Positions 1-11,695 of a stretch of 64,000 nt of DNA are shown here, in pieces. Each line of letters opens with the position of its first letter. The stretch's first letter is position 1. Position numbers and translations under genes: made by a program. The notes under the pieces are model-generated. The model had not been told where the DNA came from. It worked only from the letters and a program-made list of their open reading frames with translations, and made no database searches. Source of the DNA: Sarea resinae (Eukaryota); contig JAPEUD010000002.1 of assembly GCA_026026165.1 (NCBI GenBank), positions 496,001 through 560,000 on the forward strand. Reading direction: 5' to 3'.

Positions 1-14
1 GATTCAGCCCAAGC

Positions 15-692
15 TTATAGGGTTACACGGCTTTTCGGTGGCGCAGGCTGCTCCTCCATAAAAGCAGCCCCACTGTTCACATCCATCCGGTCCTCTTCCT
101 CGGCCTGCCGTTCATTCTCATCCAGTTCGCGGTCAAATTCTGCAATTTCCTGCTTCAGCTCCGTCTCACTGACTGGCTTTCCCTCACTCGAAAGCATCGC
201 TGGTGCCTCCTCGGACAAGCCCAACTTCCTCCGTTCCTCTGCAAACTTCTCCTGCACCGTCTTTGTCTGCATGAGTCTCCACCGCAGCCGCCACCCCTCC
301 ATGCCCAATTCCTTCAGCCTCATCGGCTTTTCGCCCAGGAGATACTCGTCGAGTCCACCGACCTTGTCGATCGTCCTCAGCACCCTGATCGAGAGCCGGA
401 GTCGTATGGGTCGCTGAAGAGCGACCGAGTAGAGCTTCTTGCGCTGGATGTTCGGGCGGAAGCGTCGCCGGGTCTTGATTTCCGTATCATCGCTGACGTT
501 GTTTCCGTATCGGATACGCTGACCGCCGTAGAGACCGAAATTGGATTGCTTGTACCATTGTGAGGGCCCGTAGGGGTATGGAGGCACGTTTCGGTGCTTG
601 TATGCGAGGAGATTGTCGGAGCGTCGGGCAAGGTTTGATGAAGTCGAAGAGAAAGCACGGAGGAAGGTGAGAGAAGGTGGACGGATTGACAT
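15..692 (-). CDS. MRPL24: Mitochondrial ribosomal protein bL28m (yeast Mrpl24-like)
   Basis: Intronless 225-aa ORF with Arg/Ser-rich presequence and the L28 core GLYGG..I.YGNNVS...KTRRRFRPNIQ.K.LYS..L...IRLRLS..VLRTIDKVGGLDEYLL. Confidence 0.9.
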   Translation of the reverse strand: MSIRPPSLTFLRAFSSTSSNLARRSDNLLAYKHRNVPPYPYGPSQWYKQSNFGLYGGQRIRYGNNVSDDTEIKTRRRFRPNIQRKKLYSVALQRPIRLRLSIRVLRTIDKVGGLDEYLLGEKPMRLKELGMEGWRLRWRLMQTKTVQEKFAEERRKLGLSEEAPAMLSSEGKPVSETELKQEIAEFDRELDENERQAEEEDRMDVNSGAAFMEEQPAPPKSRVTL

Positions 693-963
693 GGTGGCGG
701 ATGAGATTGTGAGAGGACTGCCGTTGATATCAGCTGGGTGGAGGCACGTCGAGCGGTTGAGTCGTCGAAGGTAGAAAGTGAAGGTCGCGCTCGAAGATGA
801 AGATTGGATGAAGATGTTGCAGCCCGAGATCTGTTTCTCGGATTATTATTTTCTCCGTCTGCCGAGCGTTGCGGAGCGGGATGGATCTAATGTAAACACC
901 AAAACCAACATGGAAACTTCCATGACCGTCCCATCCACAGCGGCCAGTGAAGGATATTCGAAA

Positions 964-2352
964 ATGTTACCACCAGTTGATCCTGCAGTCCTGGCCAAGA
1001 ATCCCCAATTTGAGAAATTGTATAAGCAATTGATTTCCTCGAAGCTCAATCCAGATGGATCCACCAAAGGTTCCAGCGCGCAAGAGTCTCGGGATGCTAT
1101 CAAAGAAGTGAGCACGGCCACGGCTTTCGTAGGTACTATATGTGCAGTGTCCAGCGGCTAATTGCAAGCGCAGGAGATGAAAAATGCCGAGGAGGAAGCA
1201 GCAAAATGTCATATCATACGAACGTCTCTGAAGGCTATTACTGTCCGAGCAGACGAGCTCCCCAACGAGGTATACATGGCCCAGCGCAATCGCTCTCATT
1301 CCGAAAGCTTGCTGACGGCTAATAGCTTTTAGATGTCATTGAGATTGTGGCGACACAGCTGAACTCGTCTCTTTCAGCCGAAGAGCGCGAACTATTGGAA
1401 GAAGACGTAGAGTATTTCCTGGTAAGCTGATGACGCTCAACATGTGTGTACGAAGTCAATCCTCATCCATCGTCAAGGACCACTTGCACGCCGTAGGCAA
1501 AACACTCTCGTCGCACATCTCCGAGCTCTCGCTGCAAGTCGCCAAGGTTGCGCATCCAGAAGGTATCCCTCCCTACTCGTCTCAAGCCCTTACAGACCGT
1601 TTCCGGATCCATGAATTGTCATCGCTCATATACCTCCGCAGAAACCAAACCTCAAATGCTCGCCGTCGCTGCCAAAAACCTCCCAGGGGAGATTTTAGCC
1701 CGTCGACAGGCGATTATAGAGAAGCAGGACAGTGTGGTGACGCAACGAATCGAGCTTGTCAACCTGGCAACCAAGGTCCTGGCTGCGCATCGCGAGCTCC
1801 AGGAGACGACTATCCGCGTGCTGGAGCAGACGAAGCATGGGAGCGTTTCAAGAGCTGCCAAGGCACGTGCAGAGCACCTCGCTGTTGTCGCGGAGGGTAT
1901 GGATGCTAAGCTAAGGTGCGTGGAAGTCCTCATTCCAATTGTAGCCCTTGTGCTCCGTTTGTTGCTTTCCTATTGTTTCGCCAGTAGCTATCTTCTCTCT
2001 GTCGTTACTTTTTGTGCCTCTTCAAGTCCATGCCATTATATATGGCCAGGGTTATATATAATCTCTAGCAACTGACGACTGACCACTCAACGGTGCCTAC
2101 AGACTCACCAAGCAGGACGCCCTCAACTCTATTTACACGCCACCAGTCCGCTCCGCCCTCAAGAACTACCTCGTCCATCTCCAGGACTCCGAGTCAAGGC
2201 TCGAACAGCGCAGAGCTGCCGCCGAGCGTGAGCTTCAGAGGTACGAGGCAGCTGGTGATGATATGGATGAGATCACGGCGCGGTATGCGACTTTTCTCAA
2301 AGAGATGGAGGAGGTGGCGGCCGATATCAAGAGGTTGGGTGGGAATATTTGA
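964..2352 (+). CDS. HAUS4/augmin subunit 4-like coiled-coil protein (6 exons)
   Basis: Spliced model: 964-1107, ~1174-1269, ~1326-1421, ~1478-1562, ~1642-1915, ~2103-2352, all with GT..AG introns. N-terminus LPPVDPAVLAKNPQFEKLYKQL and C-terminus MDAKLR-LTKQDALNSIYTP...YEAAGDDMDEITARY resemble HAUS4 as I recall it. An upstream in-frame ATG at 910 is possible. Confidence 0.65.
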
Positions 2353-2708
2353 ATGGTGCGGGTTCATGACACTCTGGGGGCGTTTGGGAGAATTTTAGTA
2401 CTAGGAGTTTGACTTTTGTGATTTACCAAAGAGCCAGTGACACCTAACGGGATTCTGCAGATCGATGCATGGAATGGTGTCTACACATTTTCGATTTCAT
2501 ATACTATTGAGCTCGGCTTCTTGAATGATAGTCGACTTGACAGTTGTTTGTATTTTCTTTAAGACCCGAGTATCGTGACAAGCCTCATTAGAGGTCCATT
2601 TAACCGTTGACTCCATTTGAATTAAAGTCTAAGTTCAATCTGACCCATCCTCGACGCACGCCAAGCAACAAGGCCACCAGAGCCCCAGACCAGAAGTAAA
2701 GCTAACAC

Positions 2709-4748
2709 TCATGCCAATCGGACGCCAGCCTGTCTATTCTTCCTCGCAGTAGCGCCCATGGCGCTATTCATGCCAGTACTCTGGCTACTGTCCAAACTGC
2801 TCATAGCCATCCTCTTCTTCTCGTCCTCGATCTTCTTGAGCCGTTTCTCCGTCTTCTGCTTGCCGCTGCCCTTGCCATGGAATTGATGGCTGAGATGCTT
2901 AAAGGCCTCCTTCTGATCCATCTCGCGGCCGTACTCGTCCGTGTAGCGCAGCTCGACGTCGGGCTTGTACTGCTTGTTGAAGATGTCGACCATCTGCCGC
3001 GAGTCCTGCTGGTCGCGCTTGTTGTTCTCCCAGCGCGCGTACTCTTCCCGCTCCCGCGCCGACATGCGATCGAGCTTGCCGCTGGCCCGGTCCCGTTCGC
3101 GCTGCACGCGGGCGCGCCGTTCGGCTTCGGCTTCGGCGACTTGTTTCTCGGCCAGGAAGTGCTGGCGCTCGCGGTGCAGGGCGTTCTTGTCGCCCGAGGC
3201 CGAGGTCTTGATGAGGCCGCGGTCAGAGAGCATGGCCAGTGTAGCGCCGAGGCCTTTGTTCAACGTGGCCTCTTCCCCGAGGCCGGTCGAGGTAATGTCA
3301 GGCGTGACGGTTCGAGAGCTTTCCCGTTTAAGGGGCTTCTCGGTGATCTCTTCGTCTTTAACATCTGCATACGAGCCTTCCATGTCGACGTCGCCTTCTG
3401 CATCTGCTGGCGTCGTAGGCGTTTCGACGGAAGAGACTATATTTGCAGGCTTGGATGTAGAGCGCCGTGCACGGTCTGGAATAGTAGGCTTGTGGAGATT
3501 GGCAACGAATTCGGAAGTTTCGTCTATGACAAGTCCCGGTTCCTCCTGATCAGACATGTCTCCATTGGGCGTCCCAGGGCCGGGCGTGGCTGACTCCTCT
3601 TGCCGTAATTGTCTAACGATATCTTCGGGTCGCATCTTCTTTCGATTTTTGAGCGCAGCTCTACGCTGTAAAGCCAACGAAGCCTGCAAATCCTCATCGT
3701 CCACGAATGATGTTTCGTCGAATACACGTTTTCGACTGACGGGTGGAGCAGCATTAGCGTTGGATTGGCCCGAATCCACATCCATAGCATTACTAGAATC
3801 GTTGGCAGTAGCTGTTTGCTCGACCGATGGAAATATTTCGTCTTCGTCTGGTTTCTTTTGCCGAGTGGACTTGGCCTTCTTCTTCTTCGGCTTCCGGATC
3901 TTGATCTCTGATGCATCCTGGTAATCTGATGCAGGAGCCTCTTGCACGAAGTCCAAACTGATTGCCTTTTTCTTGGGCCTCTGAAGCACACCGTCCATGG
4001 TGCTGTCACCACTCGCTTCTGACGCCACTTGTGCGCCGAGGGTGAAACGCTTCCTCTTTTTGCCCTCTATCTCTTCATCATACTGGCCCAAAAGCGACTT
4101 CTGTCCGTCTTCATCAATAGCATTTGGGTCATAGACAGGCCTCCTCTTCTTCAAGTCTAACCTCTCGGACAATTTCTCCCTTTCTCGTAGATTCACATTC
4201 TCCAATTCGTCCCCCTCCTCCTCGTTCTCGTCGATGGTAGTGTCTTTGAGGGTCAGGACCTGCTCGCCATCTCCCTCGAAAGCATCGAGCTCGTGCCCTA
4301 CTTTCACCCCAGCCAGGTCTGCAGCGGTATAACTTGCTTCCTGCTCTCTTTCCGCGAGCTCCTGCTCCAATTTCCTTGCCTTCTCGATCCTCTTCTGTCT
4401 CTTCTTCTGCTGGAGTAGCCATGTTCTGGTGTCGAGTTCCTCCTCTCCTTCCGCATCCCCTAGACCCTTGCCTTCGAGCTTGGCTGATCGAAGTGCGGCA
4501 TCACGAGCCCGCTTGATTGCCGCGTTCTTTGCTTCGCGCTTGGCCTTCGCTTCGGCTTCGTCCTGGAGCTTCTGCCAGTTCTCAAAGCCTTGAGCCTCGC
4601 GGGTCTCTAGCGTACTACCCTGCTGTTCCTCCTCTGAGGAGCTTTCATCCTCTTTGAAGGCGAGGCCGCCACCTGGGACGGGTAAAGATTTGAGGCCAAT
4701 AGCCTTCCTTAGCTTATTTGCCTCCTCGATAGCGACGGCGTCCGCCAT
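2709..4748 (-). CDS. SNU66: U4/U6.U5 tri-snRNP protein Snu66/SART1
   Basis: Intronless. N-terminal HIND motif AIEEANKLRKAIGLKSL, central LTLKD..I, and C-terminal YTDEYGR.M..KEAFKHLSHQFHGKGSGKQKTEKRLKKIE, diagnostic of the SART-1 family. ATG at 4748. Confidence 0.93.
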   Translation of the reverse strand: MADAVAIEEANKLRKAIGLKSLPVPGGGLAFKEDESSSEEEQQGSTLETREAQGFENWQKLQDEAEAKAKREAKNAAIKRARDAALRSAKLEGKGLGDAEGEEELDTRTWLLQQKKRQKRIEKARKLEQELAEREQEASYTAADLAGVKVGHELDAFEGDGEQVLTLKDTTIDENEEEGDELENVNLREREKLSERLDLKKRRPVYDPNAIDEDGQKSLLGQYDEEIEGKKRKRFTLGAQVASEASGDSTMDGVLQRPKKKAISLDFVQEAPASDYQDASEIKIRKPKKKKAKSTRQKKPDEDEIFPSVEQTATANDSSNAMDVDSGQSNANAAPPVSRKRVFDETSFVDDEDLQASLALQRRAALKNRKKMRPEDIVRQLRQEESATPGPGTPNGDMSDQEEPGLVIDETSEFVANLHKPTIPDRARRSTSKPANIVSSVETPTTPADAEGDVDMEGSYADVKDEEITEKPLKRESSRTVTPDITSTGLGEEATLNKGLGATLAMLSDRGLIKTSASGDKNALHRERQHFLAEKQVAEAEAERRARVQRERDRASGKLDRMSAREREEYARWENNKRDQQDSRQMVDIFNKQYKPDVELRYTDEYGREMDQKEAFKHLSHQFHGKGSGKQKTEKRLKKIEDEKKRMAMSSLDSSQSTGMNSAMGATARKNRQAGVRLA

Positions 4749-5567
4749 GTTGGGAGATGACTGCGGAAGAAAGTAGCTGTGAAGAGTCAAGCCGAGATCA
4801 TAGAGAAACCCTCAACTTCATCTGTGCACTCGACCGTCGTCTTGATATCAAAGTCATCGATGGACTTGATTGTACGTATTCGTATCGAGTGCTGGACGAG
4901 GGACATGGAGGAGTGAATGATGATCAGAAAGGTACACGATATAGGGTACCACCCAATACGGACTGGCGTCGTTGATCTTGGCGAGCCTCCGCCCATAAAT
5001 ATTTTCCGCCAGCTTCTCGCTTTCTCTTCTCTTCTTCTTCCCAAAACAACCAGATCTGTGTCCAGCGATCCCGTCAGCTCTCTTCGGAGGGCTTGTTCGG
5101 TTGTATTGCTGGACAGTTCGACCGTTCATGGAGCCATCTTCCTCCACGGAAAACACATGATGTCAATCTTCCGGTCGACAGATCTCAGAGCAATCGGTCC
5201 TGGATGCCTGAGCTCCCTCCGGGTGAGCTCGGTTGATGGGTCGCCGAGGGCGTCATATTCCACTTCCCTTTGCTGATGGCCGTCGGTCAGTGAAGTTGGG
5301 GACAAACCATGACATGCCTACATCACTAGTATCTCATTTCGTCACTTACAATGATGGGGACGGTCATGCTGCCAGACTCGATCAATGGGATCAAGCAGAC
5401 CGGGGCTGAAGTCTCCGAGGTTTAAATGATTTCAATATCTATCGGACAGGCCTATTCAATCCTGTCTCATGCTCAGTGTCTCTGCGCGCCATAGTACACC
5501 TAAGGCAATGTTTTGTCCCCGCGAAACGCCACTGTATAGTTATTTTCAGCTCTTTCCCGTCTAGATG

Positions 5568-6231
5568 CTACAGTAATTTCAGATGGCCAGTGACTTTATC
5601 AATCTCCGACTTGGGCGCAGGTCCTATCCCCAGCACCGTCGCACTTCCGCTCGCTATCTGTGTCCTGCCGGCATCATGCACGACTTGCGCGCACAAGCCC
5701 AAGCTGATCGCTTGAGCCTGCAAGATGTCCAGCTCCTCTTCGCTCTTCACCTGCAGGGCCACTTTTGCCTGTCCGAGGCGCTCCCAACGGCGTAGTATGG
5801 GCGAGTCCGGAGCGCGGCGTAAGAAATACTTGTAACAAGCCAGCGTCGCGTGAGAGCACTGTGCTGCGATTTTGCCTGTTTGATAGTCCCACGATCAGCA
5901 TGACAATCCAGCGGCTTCGACTCAACGGCAGTGTGCAACACATACCTTTGGTCATTCCCAGATCAGACCGAACCACCAGGACAAGCTTGCACTCTTCACG
6001 ACTAGAAGAGAACTCCTTCACGTCGATGTCCTCTTCGGACTCCTCGCTCGAGCTCTCATCAGAGTCTTCATGCTTGGCGCGGCGAGGGGCTGCAGAGGTA
6101 GATTTGGAGGGTCCAAAGAGACCCAGCGAAGAGGCCTGGCCCAGGAAGTAGCCAGCCAAGCCTGCGATGATGGCCGTCGCCACCGCTATCGCCGTGGTCG
6201 TGGGGGGAGCCCTGCCGTCAATGGACGCCAT
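5568..6231 (-). CDS. PTH2: Peptidyl-tRNA hydrolase 2 (mitochondrial outer-membrane type)
   Basis: N-terminal TM segment, then KLVLVVRSDLGMTKG | intron 5945-5876 | KIAAQCSHA...DAGRTQIASGSATVLGIGPAPKSEIDKVTGHLKLL. Confidence 0.93.
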
Positions 6232-7245
6232 GGCGATGGAAATCTATAGTATCAAATCCGTCCAAGCTGGCCGAGTCTTGCAGATTTCAAAGGATGCGTA
6301 GCACGTAGTACTATGTACCTCAGAGATGTACCGCCGAGATATCCAATCCATCCTTGCTGATGTACCTTCCGGCAGGTACGAAGTACGGAGTACAGTACCC
6401 TGGACCGAGGGACCTGAAGGACCTGAACGTCCCTCGTACTCGTCCAGGTACGAGTCGATTGACGTGCTGTGTGCCGTCCCTGACGGGCTCGGGCTGTCAG
6501 AACTTTCATACTTCGTACCTGGCGTTTCCCTCTCGACCAGATCCTCTACGGAGAACAGGCAGAAGGGAGAGCAGCCCGAGGCATTCACAATGCCACCATA
6601 TCAGGATGAACAGATAATGTGGGTAAGGCAGATCGTAATTCGGTATTCTGCACTCCCTACTCCGGCGTAGAGCAGGCGCTTCGTGCTCGTGCACGCCCCT
6701 TCTTTCGTCTTTCCGCCCCTCCCCGGTCGATGCCTTCCCTTGGCATCCCTGATGGGCGTGCGGACGCCGGCTCTCGTCTCCTGTCCCTCTGTCCTTTGGG
6801 GGGATCCGTCCCCTCGTACTGCATCTCTGTACTTTCCCGAGTAGGCAAAGGCTCTATCGTAGTTCTCCTCTGGTGCACTCCGTACGAGGAGAGTAGAGTA
6901 CGTGTACCACGACGAGGAGAGACGACGACGACGGCCAACGACGTACTACATACTCCCGCCTAGACATCCGAAGTTGAACCATCTTCTCCGTCTTCTTAGA
7001 TGCAATCACACACTCACTCTCTCACTCACCCAATCACTCCTTTGACTCTTTCCATCGACACCCTCAAGCCGTCACCGATTCAACAGCCTTCCCTTCCGAC
7101 CATTCCTACTTATGACCTTCTTTTTCCCCTGGGGCCCCACAGTCCTTTTGGCACGCCAGCTACTCAGCGGCCCCGACGATATCTGCTCTCTCCCCCTCTC
7201 TCGCTGAGCTTCCTGCCGCTCCTTGACCTGGCGTGGTAGAAGACG

Positions 7246-8697
7246 ATGTTGAGGAGGATCTTCGAACGACGAGACCACAGTAAAGTGCCTCGGATCGCCC
7301 TGCGAGTATGGATCTCCGCTCTCGTCATCCTCGTCGTCTTTGCCGCTCTCTTGCTCTCTACCAGAAAGCAGAAGATAGACGACTACAACCCGTTTACGCC
7401 CGAGTCGGAGAAGGAAGGAAAGGTGGAAAAGTCAACATGGGATAGCTGCAAGCTCTCGGTCGCCTCACTTGCACCGTATAATCTCACCGAGAGCTTCGAC
7501 TATTCACGGCGGAGAATTCAGGCGGAGAAAGTCGATTCGACTGATCGAAAGATCCTCACCCTATCGCCACACCCGCTCATCCCGGCTAGTCGCTCGTACA
7601 AGAATGTCCCCGAAGATGTAGTCGACGCACAATGCGATGAGGCTCTCACTCTCGAAGTCCCGTCCTCTCCGCCCACCCAAGCGATTAATCTTCTCTTCGG
7701 CATAGCAACCAACGTCGAGCGATTGAGGGACTCCATACCGCAGCTGCTTCATTGGCTTCCACATTCAGGAGCCGGTCTCTTGGTGGTTACCCCAAGTCAG
7801 GAAAATGACACGGCGGTTGATGAGGTCGAGGCGGAGATGCGCAAGCTGGGCATCGACGTAACGGTCGAAAAGGCCACCGGGACTCCCTTCCCCTTGACCT
7901 ACTTCTCGCTCGTGGAGCGGCTCTACGTCCGCCGCAGACCTAGCACCCGTTGGATCGGTCTCATCGACGATGACACTTTCTTTCCCTCGATCCCGCGCCT
8001 GAGCGCCCGACTAGCCAGCTACGACGATAAGAAGCCCTTTTTCATCGCTCCGGTCAGCGAAGACATGGAGCAAATCAAAAAGCATGGCATCATTGCCTTT
8101 GGTGGCGGCGGGATATTCCTGTCGATGCCCCTGGTTGAAAACATCCACAACGTCTATCCCGAATGTGCGGAATCCGACGACTGGGAAGGCGACCAAGTCC
8201 TCTCCCACTGTATATATCACCATACCTCGACACGACTCACCATTGACTACGACCTCCACCAACTCGACCTCCGGGGCGACCCATCGGGCTTCTTCGAATC
8301 AGGCCGTGAGCCGCTCTCCATCCACCACTGGAAGTCGTGGTTTATAGTCAACATCCCTAAGCTCGCAGCGGTCGGGAGGATTTGCGGGCCGGAGTGCCTC
8401 CTGCAGCGCTGGCGCTTCGCAGACAACATCATCTTGTCGAACGGGTATTCGATCGTCGAGGTGCGCGAGGATATCGAGTTCCGGCCCGAATACGTCGAGA
8501 AGACGTGGGAATTCGAGGACTGGCGGTTCGAGCACAGCCTGGGCCCCTTCCGGCCGGCCCTGCTCGAGGAAGACGAAAAGGTCACGTATCTGCTCGAGGA
8601 CTCGGTCCCCGAGAGCAATGGGATCCGCCAGGTCTATATCCATCGTGGTCGCGATGGCCGCAACGATCGAGTCTTGGAGTTACTGTGGAATCGATGA
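7246..8697 (+). CDS. Glycosyltransferase family 31 (Fringe-like), type II membrane protein
   Basis: 483-aa intronless ORF with N-terminal signal anchor, WIGLIDDDTFF (DxD), AFGGGGIFLS, HQLDLRGDPSGFFESG and SIHHWKSW motifs typical of fungal GT31. Confidence 0.85.
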   Translation: MLRRIFERRDHSKVPRIALRVWISALVILVVFAALLLSTRKQKIDDYNPFTPESEKEGKVEKSTWDSCKLSVASLAPYNLTESFDYSRRRIQAEKVDSTDRKILTLSPHPLIPASRSYKNVPEDVVDAQCDEALTLEVPSSPPTQAINLLFGIATNVERLRDSIPQLLHWLPHSGAGLLVVTPSQENDTAVDEVEAEMRKLGIDVTVEKATGTPFPLTYFSLVERLYVRRRPSTRWIGLIDDDTFFPSIPRLSARLASYDDKKPFFIAPVSEDMEQIKKHGIIAFGGGGIFLSMPLVENIHNVYPECAESDDWEGDQVLSHCIYHHTSTRLTIDYDLHQLDLRGDPSGFFESGREPLSIHHWKSWFIVNIPKLAAVGRICGPECLLQRWRFADNIILSNGYSIVEVREDIEFRPEYVEKTWEFEDWRFEHSLGPFRPALLEEDEKVTYLLEDSVPESNGIRQVYIHRGRDGRNDRVLELLWNR

Positions 8698-9502
8698 TGG
8701 ATGGTTACGAGTGCACTGCCTTTTCCGGCAACGAGATGATAATTCGGTGGCCGGAGAAGGAAACGCGGCTGATCGGCCCCCCGCAGTGCTGGGATATGGG
8801 GGTTCTGGGTCATGTCTCTTCTGGAGTTTTTACGTGGGATGTGTCTGTGTGCTGAGGGAAAACCCCGAAAAGAATTATCCATATTCATCTTCTTGAAGAG
8901 TTTTTATCAGGGTAGCCCCCCTCCTGCCCTTGATCTCATTCCAACGAGCCATATACGGCACAGATTTCCTAGTCATACATAATCATAAACCACGATGACG
9001 GCGTTTGGGTGGCGCAGCGAGCATATTGGGAATATTAGAACCGTTCCAGATAGTCTAGATCAGCTCTCACGTTGAACCGTCGCGCGACTTGTAGAGAGGC
9101 AAGAAAGTGATAGATTGTACCCAGGCGTGCCTAAACAGCTAGGCAAGATTCCTCTCGACCCGTACAATGACAATATAATGTAAATCCATTGGCATCGCCG
9201 ACGACAAGGGGATGCGATGCACTGGCCTTGGTTACCGGCAAATTTTTCAAGGGAGAATTGCACCAGATAGACCCTGATAACCCCGCGCGGTCTACATAAC
9301 GTACACGTCGAAAAGATCCATCACCGAATCACGGGAACAAGGGATATCAACATGACTACCAACTCGACAAAGAACGCCAGTGAAAACATGGGTCCCGAGA
9401 GGCTGGGACGAACAATTCGTCCCCGTCGCGGCCACGGCCACAGCCACGGGCCAAACCAATAAGCTCGATAAAACGTCGTCATGCGCTCTTTTTCGTGAAA
9501 AA

Positions 9503-9530
9503 CTCCCTCCCTCCCTCCCTCCCTCCCTCC
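9503..9530. repeat. (CTCC)7 microsatellite just downstream of the Mnn11-like stop codon
   Basis: Read directly from the sequence. Confidence 0.9.
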
Positions 9531-9546
9531 TTGCGCACTTCCTGCC

Positions 9547-10665
9547 CTACTGAGTTTTGACCAAGGCCTGGTAATAGGGCGCCAGCTCCTTCTCGCAGTC
9601 GCGCTTCCCGCCCAGGTCGCAGCCCTCGAAATGCACCACGAAGTCGCCATCGCGGTATAAGCCATTGTCATCATGGTCGGCTGCATCGACGCTGTACGAG
9701 TTGATGGTGCGCTGCGGGACCAGTGCCAGCTTGGCAAGGATGGTCACATGCCACTGGACGATATGCTCCTATGAAGAAAAATCAGTTGGCCTGCATTTCT
9801 CATTCGTTTGCTTTCGAAGAAACGAGGGGACAAGAAGGGCGCACCAGAGCGTGGGCTTCATTCTTTTGGAAATTGTAGCTCCGGTACAACGGATCGAACC
9901 ACGTGTCCAGGAAGTATTTGGCCCAGTTGCCATTTCGGATGATGAAGCTCTTGTGCGATAGTCCGTCTTTGTCTTGCGTCAGGACTAAATCGACGTTCTC
10001 CCCTTTGAGGTGGGAGAAGGTTTTGATGATGCTGTCGGGCGGGACCACGGGCTGATCTTTGACCATGAGCGACTCCAGCCGATGGGGGGACATGACGTGC
10101 TCGGTTATAGAGAGAGAAGGGTTCGCGATGAGGGCATGTTGGTCGAGGAAGAAGAAGTAGGTGGTGTGGGGGTAGAGTGTCATGGCATGGCGGACGGCTG
10201 GCACCTTGGACCAACTGCTTGGGTACCGTTTGAGATCGTAGTCAGTCACGAGGGGGAAAAAGGCTACATAACCTACAAGAGTCTCTATCGTCAGTGTTTC
10301 CGTTTAACTTGGGGGCGGGCTCAACTGGGTTGAATGGGCCCGCTGCCCACCATCGACGCGAGGTGCTGCTTACCGTGTCTCGAGGCATAATCTTGTCTGT
10401 TCCGCTTTACCTTTTCCACGTAATCCTTGCTGTACGCCTTATCGTCAATCGTCGTGACCAGAACAACCTCTGGTGTCCCCGCTGGAGGTCTATCGGCCCA
10501 GCTGGATGAGAATATTCGGCTGAGGAGGAAGATCAGCCCGAGGGCGGCGCAGGCGATAATGGCACCGAACTGCAGTCGTTTCCGTCGCAACGAGGTGGAT
10601 CGCAACGACCGCGAGGCATATGGAGGAGGATGCGAGGTTTTGCGCGGCGGTAGGGCGAAATGCAT
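9547..10665 (-). CDS. MNN11: GT34 alpha-1,6-mannosyltransferase subunit (Mnn11-like; GMA12/MNN10 family)
   Basis: Three exons (10665-~10374, ~10273-~9845, ~9767-9547). MHFALPPRKTSHPPPY N-terminus, TM segment, NRQDYASRHG-Y, SWSKVPAVRHAM, EAHALEHIVQWH, GDFVVHFEGC. Confidence 0.85.
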
Positions 10666-11695
10666 GATTGATAGCAACGATGCGGATCGAAATTAGGGCG
10701 CTGAATCCAGCAGTCTTGAAAGAATCGCTCGGCCAGAGAAGGACAGATTGAAACGAGTGACAGTCTGGTCTAAGCTGTCTTTAAGTGCAGACGATGCGCC
10801 GGTCCTAGGGTCGGAGGAATCGATGGAATACACGTCTCGGTCCAGGAATCATCGCATTCTTCACTTTGATGTGGCGAGGGAGAACCAAGAGGAGAAGGGT
10901 TGATCTTAGAGACGCACGCGGCTGCGTTCGCAAGGCGCCAGAAAGGGAGATATCATCTAATGGCCGTTGATGGTTAAGGTTGTACGAAGTAGAAAGAAGA
11001 AGGCTAGAAGCAGATTGTACCTAGCTGGAGGTACCTGCCGGTTGCGAGTACGAAGTACGCCAACATACTGAGTACTCTACTCCTACTGCGTAGACTTGCT
11101 CGACTTAAGCATACCTTAGGTAGGATGTATAGAGAAGCCATGTTGCTCTCATGAGAACCACGATGCGAGAGAAGAGTGATGCAATGAAGACATTTGGCAC
11201 CGTAGAATATATTGCCTCGGGCCATCTCCAGCCCTGACGCGCTTGATCTTATACCCGTCCAAACCACAAGGTAGAAGGGCACCCAGGGTACTTCATACCT
11301 TGAGCCTAGAATTTGGTAGTGCCTTCGGACTGTGTGCTAATATCTAGGCCCAGGGGGCCCCTCGGCCCCTCGTCCAACGACGTCGATATGTCGTACTTGG
11401 AGGGTACCTCCGGTCTGACGAGGAAGCCCTTACTACGCACGGTACCCCCGCGGCTATGCCCTGTGCAGCTGCATACCTTACTCCATCCCTCACTGATTTA
11501 CCTTGCCCAGTGACGACATGACCAGATCCATTTCATGTATTTTGCCGACCTATATAATTGTCCGCCCGTTGAAATCATGTCCGGTGGGGCTTGCATATGA
11601 GAACATATCTGCTGGAAAGATCAAAAGCACACTGGAACATCTCTGCAGCACCTGACAATTATTACTATTGACTTTGCGCGATCTGATCCATCATC

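Noticed and set aside
2877..3593. Long plus-strand ORFs (238 and 194 aa) opposite SNU66
   Set aside because: Antisense shadows of a GC-rich, charged-residue coding region with no recognisable motifs.
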